From Aquificaceae bacterium (GTDB lineage Bacteria > Aquificota > Aquificia > Aquificales > Aquificaceae), in contig JBEPZX010000019.1 of assembly GCA_041640635.1 (NCBI GenBank), forward strand, positions 1-24,113: 24,113 nt of DNA, given 5' to 3'. This document shows positions 1 to 8,789 of this stretch, piece after piece (the first letter of the stretch is position 1; each line of letters opens with the position of its first letter). The position numbers and the translations under genes are program-made. Below the pieces are notes generated by a model. It saw only the letters and a program-made list of their open reading frames with translations. It was not told where the DNA came from and ran no database searches.

Positions 1-2
1 GT

Positions 3-359
3 TTAGTACTGGACAAGGTCAGCAAACTTGATTATCCTTACCTAAAAAAACTTTTGGCACTGGTTTCCTTTGATATATATGTAGAAGGCTTAAACTTTGT
101 TTTTGGTCTTGCACAATTAGGCGGAAAATCTGCCGTAGTTAGCACTTACAGGCTTTACACAAGTAATGAGAAGCTATTTTTTGAGAGGGTGCACAAGGAA
201 GTTATTCACGAGGTTGGTCACACCTTTGGACTGATGCATTGCTCTAATCCTGCATGTGTAATGAGTTTTTCTAACTCTGTCTTGGATGTAGATAAAAAAG
301 GTATGGATTTTTGCTCAAGGTGTAGAGCTTTACTAAAGAAAAATGATTTCTCACCTTAA
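3..359 (+). CDS. Archaemetzincin-family Zn-dependent metalloprotease, 5'-truncated by the window edge
   Basis: Frame is open from position 3 (LVLDKVSKLDYPYLKKLLALVSFD...). Contains the metzincin motif HEVGHTFGLMH followed by C-x4-C-VM-x-FSNS and a C-terminal CSRC, the archaemetzincin Cys pattern. Confidence 0.85.
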   Translation, partial: LVLDKVSKLDYPYLKKLLALVSFDIYVEGLNFVFGLAQLGGKSAVVSTYRLYTSNEKLFFERVHKEVIHEVGHTFGLMHCSNPACVMSFSNSVLDVDKKGMDFCSRCRALLKKNDFSP

Positions 360-496
360 GGATACCAAGAAATGTGGTAAATATTCAAGTTTCATCCGAT
401 GGACGATTCCTCGCATTGGGGACGGAAAGGAGTGGAACTCTAATTTCGAAAAGTTATAATAATATGTGGTAATAATAAAAAATGGAGATAGCAACA

Positions 497-1048
497 ATGG
501 ACAAATGCCCAGTGTGCGGTATAAGCATCCAGACCGGAGTTAGATGGTGTCCAGAATGCTATACCTATGTGTTAAATCCTGAGGTTGGGCGTTTAGCTTC
601 CCCTTTTAGAAGGTTGGGAGCTTTTATACTGGATGTGATAATACTTGTTGTAGTCCCTGCACTTCTTGGTTGGGGAGCTTTTTTATTAAAAATTTTAGGG
701 ACTTTTTTATCAGGAGAAAAAACTCTTGGTATTGCTTTATTAGATATTTTAGAAGTTTTTTTATTAAAGGCAACTTTTGGTACTGTTTTATTTTTGCTAT
801 TTCTAATTTGGTATCTTTATGAGTTAGCTAATGGAAGGAGTATTGGTAAAAGGATACTAGGTATGCAAGTAATTTATAGGGATGGAAAACCAGCAAATTT
901 TTTTGTAATGCTTATTAGAGAAATAATTGGCAAATTTATTATATCTCCCTCAGTTTTTAAATTAGGTTTTGCGTGGATACTTATTGACCGTGAGCATCAA
1001 GGTTGGCATGATAAGCTTGTGCGTACATATGTTAAAGTAAAATCCTAA
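497..1048 (+). CDS. RDD-family membrane protein with an N-terminal double-CxxC zinc ribbon
   Basis: CPVC and CPEC at the N-terminus, then RRLGAFILD, GRSIGKRILGMQV and GWHDKLVRTYV (RDD signature) with hydrophobic segments. Start is 497 (GGAG 9 nt upstream) or 482. Confidence 0.8.
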   Translation: MDKCPVCGISIQTGVRWCPECYTYVLNPEVGRLASPFRRLGAFILDVIILVVVPALLGWGAFLLKILGTFLSGEKTLGIALLDILEVFLLKATFGTVLFLLFLIWYLYELANGRSIGKRILGMQVIYRDGKPANFFVMLIREIIGKFIISPSVFKLGFAWILIDREHQGWHDKLVRTYVKVKS

Positions 1049-1076
1049 AAACTTTTATGGAATTTCTAAACCTGAT

Positions 1077-1085
1077 TGCTATAAT
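1077..1085 (+). promoter_or_regulatory. Extended -10 promoter (TGcTATAAT) for the moeB operon, likely near-leaderless
   Basis: TG at 1077-1078, TATAAT at 1080-1085 and ATG at 1095, with no Shine-Dalgarno in between. Confidence 0.55.
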
Positions 1086-1094
1086 TTAATACTT

Positions 1095-1910
1095 ATGTTT
1101 GAGTTTACGGAAGAACAAATTAAACGCTACGCAAGGCATATTATACTACCAGAAGTTGGAGGAAAAGGGCAAAAGAAGCTCTTAGAATCCAAAGTTCTGG
1201 TTATAGGAGCAGGTGGTCTTGGTTCTCCTGCCATCCTTTACTTGGCAGCGGCTGGTGTGGGAACCATAGGTATTGTTGATTTTGATGTGGTAGATTACTC
1301 CAACCTTCAGCGCCAAGTCATTCACAACACGGAAAGGGTAGGAGTTTCAAAGGTAGAATCCGCCAAAAGAACCGTAGAAATGCTCAATCCTGATGTAAAA
1401 GTTATAACCTACAACACTATGATAAACAAGGACAACATAATGGACATAATAAAGGACTACGATGTGGTTTTGGATGGAACAGACAATTTCCCTACGCGCT
1501 TTTTAATAAACGATGCTTGCTACTTTGCAGGTAAACCTTTGGTTTCCGCAGCAATGCTTAGGTTTGAGGGGCAGATAAGCGTGTTTGACTACAGAAACAA
1601 GGAAACATCCCCATGCTATAGATGTCTCTTTCCAGAACCACCGCCACCTGGACTGGTCCCATCATGTCAAGAGGCTGGCATACTCGGTTCCATAGGTGGT
1701 ATAATGGGATGCATCCAAGCCACAGAAGCCATAAAGCTTCTGCTTGGAATAGGTGAACCGCTGGTTTCTAAGCTTTTAGTGATGGACGCTCTATCTATGG
1801 ATTTCAGAAAGGTCAAACTCCGTAAAGATCCATCCTGTCCTCTGTGTGGACCAAACGCCACCATAAAGGAACTCATCCAGTACGAGCAAACCTGCGATGT
1901 ACACTTTTGA
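1095..1910 (+). CDS. moeB: MoeB/ThiF-family adenylyltransferase
   Basis: RYARHIIL, nucleotide-binding GAGGLGS, SNLQRQ, DGTDNF, Zn-binding CYRC and CPLC, and SCQEAGILG. MoeB and ThiF cannot be firmly separated from sequence alone. Confidence 0.85.
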   Translation: MFEFTEEQIKRYARHIILPEVGGKGQKKLLESKVLVIGAGGLGSPAILYLAAAGVGTIGIVDFDVVDYSNLQRQVIHNTERVGVSKVESAKRTVEMLNPDVKVITYNTMINKDNIMDIIKDYDVVLDGTDNFPTRFLINDACYFAGKPLVSAAMLRFEGQISVFDYRNKETSPCYRCLFPEPPPPGLVPSCQEAGILGSIGGIMGCIQATEAIKLLLGIGEPLVSKLLVMDALSMDFRKVKLRKDPSCPLCGPNATIKELIQYEQTCDVHF

Positions 1911-1912
1911 AG

Positions 1913-2641
1913 ATGCGACTAGGTGTAAACATAGACCACAGCGCTACCATTAGGGAGGCAAGGAAAACCTTTGAACCGGATCCTGTCTTTGTTGCCCTTC
2001 TGTGTCAGCAGGCTGGAGCCCACCAGATAACTTTGCACCTAAGAGAAGACAGGAGACACATTCAGGACATGGACCTGTATCTGATAAAAAAGATGGTAAC
2101 CATTCCCATCAATTTAGAAATGGCACCTGTGGAAGAGATGAAAAAGATAGCCTTGGATGTTTTACCCAACAGAGTGACACTCGTTCCTGAAAGAAGAGAA
2201 GAGATCACCACAGAAGGTGGGCTTAACGTGATAGCTATGAAGAGTTTCCTAAGAAATTACATAAAGGACTTTATACAAAAGGGAATAGAAGTTTCCCTGT
2301 TCATAGAACCAGACAAGGATCAAGTAGAAGCATCCAAAGAAGTGAACGCACAAGCTGTAGAGTTTCATACTGGAAGGTATGCAAACCTTTGGAATGAGCA
2401 TAAATTTGAGCAGGTTAAAGAAGAACTAGCCAAGATAAAGGAAGCTGGCATTTACGCCAGATCTCTTGGACTTAGAGTATACGCTGGTCACGGGCTAACG
2501 TACCACAACGTAAGGGAACTGGTCAGAGAGCTAAAGGGTGTTATAGAGGAGCTAAATGTAGGGCACTCCATAATCTCAAACGCTCTGATTTTTGGAATAG
2601 AAAGAGCGGTTAAAGAGTTTATGCAAAGGATGAATGTATGA
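1913..2641 (+). CDS. pdxJ: Pyridoxine 5'-phosphate synthase
   Basis: MRLGVNIDHSATIREAR, HLREDRRHI, LVPERREEITTEGGL, AGHGL, ELNVGHSII. The true start is the ATG at 1913; the ORF-track start at 1844 overlaps moeB. Confidence 0.95.
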   Translation: MRLGVNIDHSATIREARKTFEPDPVFVALLCQQAGAHQITLHLREDRRHIQDMDLYLIKKMVTIPINLEMAPVEEMKKIALDVLPNRVTLVPERREEITTEGGLNVIAMKSFLRNYIKDFIQKGIEVSLFIEPDKDQVEASKEVNAQAVEFHTGRYANLWNEHKFEQVKEELAKIKEAGIYARSLGLRVYAGHGLTYHNVRELVRELKGVIEELNVGHSIISNALIFGIERAVKEFMQRMNV

Positions 2642-3117
2642 TAAGGAAGGCACGCACAAGCGACGCGGTAGCTATATACACCCTAATAAACGATTATGCA
2701 AAAGAAGGTATTCTACTTCCAAAGAGTCTGAACACCATATACGAAAACATCAGGGATTTTTGGGTTTACGAAGATAATGGAGAAATTGTTGGATGCTGTG
2801 CCTTGCATGTAGTTTGGGAAGATTTGGCAGAGATCAAAAGTCTGGCTGTTAAAAAAGAACACACAAGAAGGGGTATTGGTTATAAGTTAGTAGAGCGATG
2901 TTTACAAGAAGCAATAGAACTTGGAATAAAAAGAGTATTCGCATTAACTTACGCAGTAAGTTTTTTTGAAAAATTTGGCTTCGCTGTTGTGGATAAAAAT
3001 ACTCTTCCACATAAAGTTTGGGGAGAATGTATAAACTGTGTAAAGTTTCCATCTTGCGATGAAGTTGCGGTAAGTTTAGATTTAGAAGTAGGTATTATAA
3101 AATTTAAGCATGATTAA
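2638..3117 (+). CDS. GNAT N-acetyltransferase, short ArgA-like (amino-acid N-acetyltransferase)
   Basis: AEIKSLAV and RRGIG (acetyl-CoA motif), plus the C-terminal LPHKVWGECINCVKFPSCDE typical of short ArgA-type enzymes. ATGA overlap with pdxJ. Confidence 0.75.
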   Translation: MIRKARTSDAVAIYTLINDYAKEGILLPKSLNTIYENIRDFWVYEDNGEIVGCCALHVVWEDLAEIKSLAVKKEHTRRGIGYKLVERCLQEAIELGIKRVFALTYAVSFFEKFGFAVVDKNTLPHKVWGECINCVKFPSCDEVAVSLDLEVGIIKFKHD

Positions 3118-4837
3118 GTACTCATATATAACTTCAGTAGGAGGGTTGTCTAGGGTTGCACAAGTTTTCAAAGACAATGCGTATATATTTCTAGACACAG
3201 AAACTGCTAACGACAGAATAAGACTCGTACAGCTTGGTGACAATGAACATATATATATACTTGATCTATTTGATCTAAGAGAAGCAGGAATACTTTTCCT
3301 AAAGAATTTGCTTTCCCAAAAGGGGATAGTAGGTCACAATTTAAAGTTCGATTTAAAGTATCTATTAAAGCATGGTATAGAGCCTTACGCAGTTTTTGAT
3401 ACTTTAATTGCCAGTCAACTTTTAGGCGAAACGGATAAACACTCTTTACAACATGCTGCTATGCATTATTTGGGAGAAGTTATAGATAAAAGTATGCAAC
3501 TCTCCAATTGGGGAAGTCTTAACCTAACAGAGAAACAATTGGAATATGCTGCAATGGACGTAAAAATAGTTAGAAGTCTCTTCTACAAGTTTGTGGATAA
3601 GCTAAATGATACCGTGCATATAGAACCTATACTGCTAAAAACGAGAACCGCTCGTGTTTTTAATCTGAAAAATCCAGTAGCTATACTAGAAATGGCTTTT
3701 GTTGTTGAGGTAGCTAAGTTAGAACTTAGTGGCATACCCATAGATAAAGATGAACTGGAGAATAAAATAAAGGAACTGGAAAAAACCAGACAATCCTTGG
3801 TTATGGATTTTTACTCTAAGTATAAGGTAGATCCCATGTCTTCTAAACAGGTCGGAGATCTTTTTACAAGAAGGTTTAACCTAGACTTACCAAAAACTGA
3901 TAAAGGGAATGTATCTACTGATGACAAATACCTTTCCGAGTATGTACATATACCTGCCGTAAAATCACTATTAGACATAAGGGGTATATCTAAACAACTA
4001 GAAAAATTAAGGGATATAAAACAGAGAATACTTAATGGAAGAGTTTATCCTGAGTTTAAACAAATTGGAACGATTACAGGTAGAATGTCTAGCCTGAAAC
4101 CAAACGTGCAAAACATACCTAGAGACTTAAGAAGTATCTTCAAAGCGCAAGAAGGGAACGTTTTTGTTATAGCGGATTTTTCCCAAATAGAATTGAGATT
4201 AGCAGCAGAGTACGTAAACGAAGAAAAAATGATAAAAGCTTTTAAAGAAGGGAAAGATATGCACAGATACACAGCATCTTTGTTGCTAGGAAAACCAGAA
4301 AGTGAGATAACCCATGAAGAGAGACAGTTAGCAAAGGCTGTCAATTTTGGTTTAATTTACGGAATATCCGCAAAGGGACTTATGGAGTACGCCAAAACCT
4401 ACGGTGTGGATATAGATATAGAAAAAGCTCAAGCACTAAGGGAAGGATTTTTTGAGTATTATACTGGCTTTAAACATTGGCATGAAAAGGTTAAAAGAGA
4501 GCTAAGAGAGCATCGTGAAGTAGTTGGTACAACTCTGCTTGGCAGAAAATACGTAGCCCATACGTTTCCAGATGCAGTTAATTACCCAATTCAAGGATCA
4601 GGTGCTGATCTTCTCAAACTCTCTGTATTGATGGTAAACGCTGCTCTCAGAGCAGAGAGTTTAAAGGCAAATGTAGTTAATTTAATCCATGATGAAATTG
4701 TATTAGAGTGTGATCAAAAGGAAGCACATAAAGTAGAAGAGATATTAAAAAAGGAAACACTAAAAGCAGGATCCATATTGCTTAAAAAAGTCCCTGTGGA
4801 AGTTGAAACATCTATAAACCAAAGATGGATAAAGTAA
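3110..4837 (+). CDS. polA: Family A DNA polymerase (3'-5' exonuclease + polymerase; no 5'-3' exonuclease domain)
   Basis: ExoI FLDTET, ExoII GHNLKFD, ExoIII YAAMD; TGRMSS..PNVQNIP, motif A DFSQIELR, motif B RQLAKAVNFGLIYG, motif C IHDEIV. Only 575 aa long. Confidence 0.93.
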   Translation: MIKYSYITSVGGLSRVAQVFKDNAYIFLDTETANDRIRLVQLGDNEHIYILDLFDLREAGILFLKNLLSQKGIVGHNLKFDLKYLLKHGIEPYAVFDTLIASQLLGETDKHSLQHAAMHYLGEVIDKSMQLSNWGSLNLTEKQLEYAAMDVKIVRSLFYKFVDKLNDTVHIEPILLKTRTARVFNLKNPVAILEMAFVVEVAKLELSGIPIDKDELENKIKELEKTRQSLVMDFYSKYKVDPMSSKQVGDLFTRRFNLDLPKTDKGNVSTDDKYLSEYVHIPAVKSLLDIRGISKQLEKLRDIKQRILNGRVYPEFKQIGTITGRMSSLKPNVQNIPRDLRSIFKAQEGNVFVIADFSQIELRLAAEYVNEEKMIKAFKEGKDMHRYTASLLLGKPESEITHEERQLAKAVNFGLIYGISAKGLMEYAKTYGVDIDIEKAQALREGFFEYYTGFKHWHEKVKRELREHREVVGTTLLGRKYVAHTFPDAVNYPIQGSGADLLKLSVLMVNAALRAESLKANVVNLIHDEIVLECDQKEAHKVEEILKKETLKAGSILLKKVPVEVETSINQRWIK

Positions 4838-4874
4838 GAGCATAAGAAAAATATTTATTTTCCTAATTACACCC

Positions 4875-5831
4875 CTATAAAGATGGGAAAAGCAAGTGAG
4901 CTGTGAATTTGTCTTTTATCCTTATGCTTATTTTCCCGTTTTGTCTTTCAACAGCTCTTTTTAAAAGCCTTAGTCCTACTCCCGTACCAGCCCCTTTACC
5001 CATATCGTTCCTTATAACCAACAAAACTCTTTTATTTTTAACGCATATTTTTATATGAATAAAGCTCGCAGAATGTTTAAAAGCATTAGCTACCAAGTTA
5101 TAAATTATACTTTCCATATCCAAAGCATCCGCATGTACATAAGCATCCTTTAGGCTTTTAATGAGGCGTTTATCTGAATAGTCCTCAATTAAATCTTCTA
5201 TGGTATCTTCTATAAATGTTTTAAGGTTCAACCATTCCTTTTTTATTTCCTTTTCCTCGAGAATATTGGACATAAGATTTATGTCCCTTTGAAAACCAGA
5301 TAAGCTCTTCTCCATCCTGTGTAAGATAGGAGAGCTTGTTAAATTTTGCTGTAGAAGTTTTAAATTAATTCTTTGAATAGATATAAAATTCCCCGCCTTG
5401 TGCATAATAGATAAACCTAAATCTTTTAACATGTTCCTCTGCTGCTCTAATTTTTTTGTGAAGCTTTCTATTACGCCAAGGTATAAGGTTGCAAATAAAA
5501 AGGTGATAAGGAATTCAAGAGATATTATACTTAAAAACAACTTATTTAGTATAGAATCCACATAATCTTCAGGTACACCTACATAAACCAAGAAAGGGAA
5601 ATTAGAAGAACTAAAAGTATAAACCTTGTAACCTTGCATTTTCTCATTCCAAAACACAAAAATATCCGAGTACTCTTTACCATTTGTGAGAAAAAATGTA
5701 AAAGCTTTGACATAAACTAGCTCATTAACAATATTTTTTATCTTTAAATAGATTATAAAATTCAAGAGACTAAACGATATAACCAATAGGAAAATAAGAT
5801 AAAGGATTAGACTTAGCCTACTTTTAAGCAA
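4875..5831 (-). CDS. Membrane sensor histidine kinase with a compact, atypical HATPase domain
   Basis: Two TM segments, putative H-box MHKAGN, N-box NLVANAFKHS and G2-like GTGVGL. Overlaps the upstream response regulator by 8 nt. Confidence 0.75.
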   Translation of the reverse strand: MLKSRLSLILYLIFLLVISFSLLNFIIYLKIKNIVNELVYVKAFTFFLTNGKEYSDIFVFWNEKMQGYKVYTFSSSNFPFLVYVGVPEDYVDSILNKLFLSIISLEFLITFLFATLYLGVIESFTKKLEQQRNMLKDLGLSIMHKAGNFISIQRINLKLLQQNLTSSPILHRMEKSLSGFQRDINLMSNILEEKEIKKEWLNLKTFIEDTIEDLIEDYSDKRLIKSLKDAYVHADALDMESIIYNLVANAFKHSASFIHIKICVKNKRVLLVIRNDMGKGAGTGVGLRLLKRAVERQNGKISIRIKDKFTAHLLFPSL

Positions 5832-6468
5832 TTCTATAACCTCTACCTTTTGCTGTTTCTATAATATCCCTTGAAAGAAGTTTCCGTAAATTTTTTATAT
5901 GCGTCCTTACTACTTCGTCTCCTACAACCTCCCTACCCCATACATAGTTAAGTATCTCTTCGGTGGATACAAACCTACCCCTATTTTCCACCAAGAGTTT
6001 TAATAACAACCATTCTTTTTTTGCTAACTTTACCTCTTTGTTTCCAACATGTACACTTTCGGCATCCAAATTTATTTCTATGTCATTAATCTTCACTACT
6101 TTTTCTGGCATCTTTCTTCTATGTAAAGCGTTAAGCCTTAGAAGAAGTTCCTTTGGATCAAAGGGCTTTACCAAGTAATCGTCCGCACCTTCCAAAAAAC
6201 ATTTTTCTTTATCTTCTATTCTTGCCTTTGCTGTAAGTACGAGAATAGGGGTTTTTTTGTCATTTGCTCTTATTTGTTTCAAGAGTTCCTCACCGGATAC
6301 ATGGGGCATCATTAAATCTAAAACTATCACGTCATAAGAAGAAAATCTGAGTATGTCCAGCACTCCTCGAGGATCATAAACCCAATCTACATCCATATAA
6401 TGGGACTCTAAAAACTCTTTTAAACTCTCCCCCAAAATTCTATCATCATCTACTATTAAAACCTTCAC
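5824..6468 (-). CDS. OmpR/PhoB-family response regulator
   Basis: Receiver domain motifs LIVDDD, LDLMMP, LTA and GADDYLVKPF; winged-helix VRTHIKNLRK...IETAKGRGY. GTG start. Confidence 0.92.
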   Translation of the reverse strand: MKVLIVDDDRILGESLKEFLESHYMDVDWVYDPRGVLDILRFSSYDVIVLDLMMPHVSGEELLKQIRANDKKTPILVLTAKARIEDKEKCFLEGADDYLVKPFDPKELLLRLNALHRRKMPEKVVKINDIEINLDAESVHVGNKEVKLAKKEWLLLKLLVENRGRFVSTEEILNYVWGREVVGDEVVRTHIKNLRKLLSRDIIETAKGRGYRIA

Positions 6469-6525
6469 AAAAAAAATTATACGTAGATAAAGCTCTAAAG
6501 TACATTGATTATATTTATTTTTATT

Positions 6526-7980
6526 ATGGCTTTTAGAGACCTAAGAGAGTTTATAAGTGCCTTGGAAAAGGAAAAGGAGCTTGTGCGTATAAAAGAAGAA
6601 GTTTCTCCAATACTCGAAATAACGGAAGTTACAGATAGAGTTTCCAAGATGGAAAAAGGTGGAAAGGCTTTGCTTTTTGAGAATGTTAAAGGTTATTCTA
6701 TACCTGTTTTGACTAACATGCTAGGTTCAGAAAAGAGAATAAAGCTAGCTTTAGGATACGAAAATTTAGAGGATATTGGTTGGAAGCTCTATAGAATGCT
6801 GCGACCAGAAGTACCAAAAACCTTTCTAGAGAAGTTGAAAAAACTTCCTGAGCTAAAGAAAATGAACGATGCCATCCCAAAAGAAGTTAAGGATGGACCT
6901 ATAAGGGAAGTTATAAAAAGGGATGAGGTAGATGTTTTAGAACTACCTATACCACAATTCTGGCCAGAAGACGGTGGAAGGTACATAACCTTTGGACAGG
7001 TAGTCACAAAAGATCCGGAAAGTGGTATTAGAAACGTGGGGTTATACAGAGTTCAAGTTTTATCAAGTACAGAACTTGCTTTGCATTGGCAGATACACAA
7101 AAACGGTAATCACCACTACTGGAAAGCAAAAAGATTGGGTGAAAAACTACCAGTGGCAATAGTTATAGGTGGTGATCCCGTTTTGTCTTATGTATCATCC
7201 GCACCTTTGCCACCTGAGGTTGACGAATATCTTTTTGCAGGCATAATAAGAGAAAAGCCTGTGGAGCTGATAAAAGGTATAACGGTTGATTTAGAGTATC
7301 CAGCGCATGCGGAGATTGTTATAGAGGGTTACGTAGATCCAAACGAGCCTTTAGTAGATGAGGGTCCCTTTGGTGACCATACGGGCTTTTACACACCAGT
7401 GGATAAGTATCCTAGAATGCACATTACCGCCATTTTACACAGAAAGAACCCTATATACTTGGCTACGGTAGTAGGAAGACCACCACAGGAAGACAAATAC
7501 ATAGGATATGCTACAGAGAGAATATTCTTACCTTTGATAAAGTTCAACCTTCCAGAGGTTGTAGATTACCACTTACCTGCCGAAGGTGTATTCCACAACT
7601 TTTGTTTTGTATCTATAGACAAAAGGTTTCCAGGGCACGCTTACAAGGTAGCTTACGCTTTACTTGGTTTGGGGCTTATGTCCTTGGAAAAGTTTATAGT
7701 AGTTTTTGATGATTGGATAGACGTTCACGATATCGGGCAAGTACTTTGGGCATGGGGAAATAATGTAGATCCGGCTAGAGATGTCGTGATTTTGAAAGGT
7801 CCAATAGACGTTTTGGATCACTCCACTAACGAGGTTGGTTTTGGTGGTAAGATGGTTATAGACGCAACTACAAAATGGAAAGAGGAAGGTTACACAAGGG
7901 AGTGGCCAAAGGTAATAGAAATGACAAAGGAAGTTAAGGAGAGAATTGACAAGATATGGAACAAATTGGGAATAGAGTAA
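6526..7980 (+). CDS. UbiD-family (prFMN-dependent) decarboxylase, probably the menaquinone-biosynthesis type
   Basis: MAFRDLREFI, DGGRYIT, NVGLYRVQ, EGPFGDHTGFY, GRPPQED, GPIDVLDH, GGKMVIDAT. ATG at 6526 preferred over the upstream TTG. Confidence 0.88.
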   Translation: MAFRDLREFISALEKEKELVRIKEEVSPILEITEVTDRVSKMEKGGKALLFENVKGYSIPVLTNMLGSEKRIKLALGYENLEDIGWKLYRMLRPEVPKTFLEKLKKLPELKKMNDAIPKEVKDGPIREVIKRDEVDVLELPIPQFWPEDGGRYITFGQVVTKDPESGIRNVGLYRVQVLSSTELALHWQIHKNGNHHYWKAKRLGEKLPVAIVIGGDPVLSYVSSAPLPPEVDEYLFAGIIREKPVELIKGITVDLEYPAHAEIVIEGYVDPNEPLVDEGPFGDHTGFYTPVDKYPRMHITAILHRKNPIYLATVVGRPPQEDKYIGYATERIFLPLIKFNLPEVVDYHLPAEGVFHNFCFVSIDKRFPGHAYKVAYALLGLGLMSLEKFIVVFDDWIDVHDIGQVLWAWGNNVDPARDVVILKGPIDVLDHSTNEVGFGGKMVIDATTKWKEEGYTREWPKVIEMTKEVKERIDKIWNKLGIE

Positions 7981-8678
7981 AGCTTTTTTCTAAAGTAGAG
8001 TTTTTAGACAGTCAAATACATGCCAATTTGGGTTGGCAGTGTCTAAAGGACAAGTGTGACGTTAGTTGTTGCAAAATTCCAGATAGAACCTTTATAGTTC
8101 TTGATGAAATAGTTAGACTTTCCAAACACTTTCCTATCACCTTTACCGTAGAAGTGGATGAAAAGGGAAGAGAAGAAAAGCTTATATGCGCTCATTTGAG
8201 AGTAAAAGAGGATAAGAAAGGATGCGTATACTTGGTAGATGGTGTAGGTTGCTCAATTGAAGATCAAAAACCATACACCTGCAGACAGTATCCCTTCTTC
8301 ATAAGAGATGAAAAAGTGTGTATAGACCTAACATGTCCCGGTTTTTCCCAGACTTTTGACAGCAAAGTGCTTACCAACGAAGGTATAAATCCTTACTTTG
8401 AGGAAAATTTTCTATGGTATTCCTTAAAGCTTGAAAAACAGAAGAAGGAAACTTCAGAATTCGTTCAAATGCTTTTTGATTTGAACTTAATAGTAGGTGC
8501 AAAATACCAGGAAGACAGCTGGGAAATTCACTTTAACATGGTGGATGAAGAAAGGCTCGTAAGCCTTGAAAAAGACATCTTAGAGTCCTTTACAAAACTT
8601 GGATACTTAAGATACATATATGCTCACTTAAATTCTATAGAGAATTGGAGTAAATTGATAAACAAGGTAAGACGTTAA
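7956..8678 (+). CDS. YkgJ-like cysteine-cluster protein (putative Zn/Fe-S chelating)
   Basis: C-x4-C-x3-CC, then CVYL, GCSI and KPYTCRQYPF, the CxxxCxxCC ... KPxxCRxYPF pattern. Confidence 0.7.
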   Translation: MEQIGNRVKLFSKVEFLDSQIHANLGWQCLKDKCDVSCCKIPDRTFIVLDEIVRLSKHFPITFTVEVDEKGREEKLICAHLRVKEDKKGCVYLVDGVGCSIEDQKPYTCRQYPFFIRDEKVCIDLTCPGFSQTFDSKVLTNEGINPYFEENFLWYSLKLEKQKKETSEFVQMLFDLNLIVGAKYQEDSWEIHFNMVDEERLVSLEKDILESFTKLGYLRYIYAHLNSIENWSKLINKVRR

Positions 8679-8693
8679 ATGCAACAATATTAG

Positions 8694-8789
8694 CGGGAGA
8701 GTGAGGGAATCGAACCCTCCAAGGACTGCCCTTGCAGCCCTTCGCTGGATTTGAAGTCCAGGGGCGGCACCAGCCTACCAAACTCTCCC
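8694..8789 (-). tRNA. selC: tRNA-Sec (anticodon UCA)
   Basis: Minus strand: 8-bp acceptor stem GGGAGAGT/ACTCTCCC with discriminator G, anticodon arm CTGGA-CTTCAAA-TCCAG, long variable arm AAGGGCTGC-AAGG-GCAGTCCTT, and T arm GAGGG-TTCGATT-CCCTC. Followed by CTA, not CCA. Confidence 0.97.

Noticed and set aside
1844..1912. N-terminal extension of PdxJ
   Set aside because: It overlaps the moeB 3' end; the family-typical start MRLGVNIDH is at 1913.
2988..3600. Two perfect DnaA boxes (TGTGGATAA at 2988-2996 and 3592-3600) as an oriC
   Set aside because: Both lie inside coding sequence as Val-Asp-Lys codons, are about 600 bp apart, and have no intergenic unwinding region.
3110..4837. polA as part of a prophage
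   Set aside because: No integrase, structural or other phage genes are nearby, and it overlaps a housekeeping operon.
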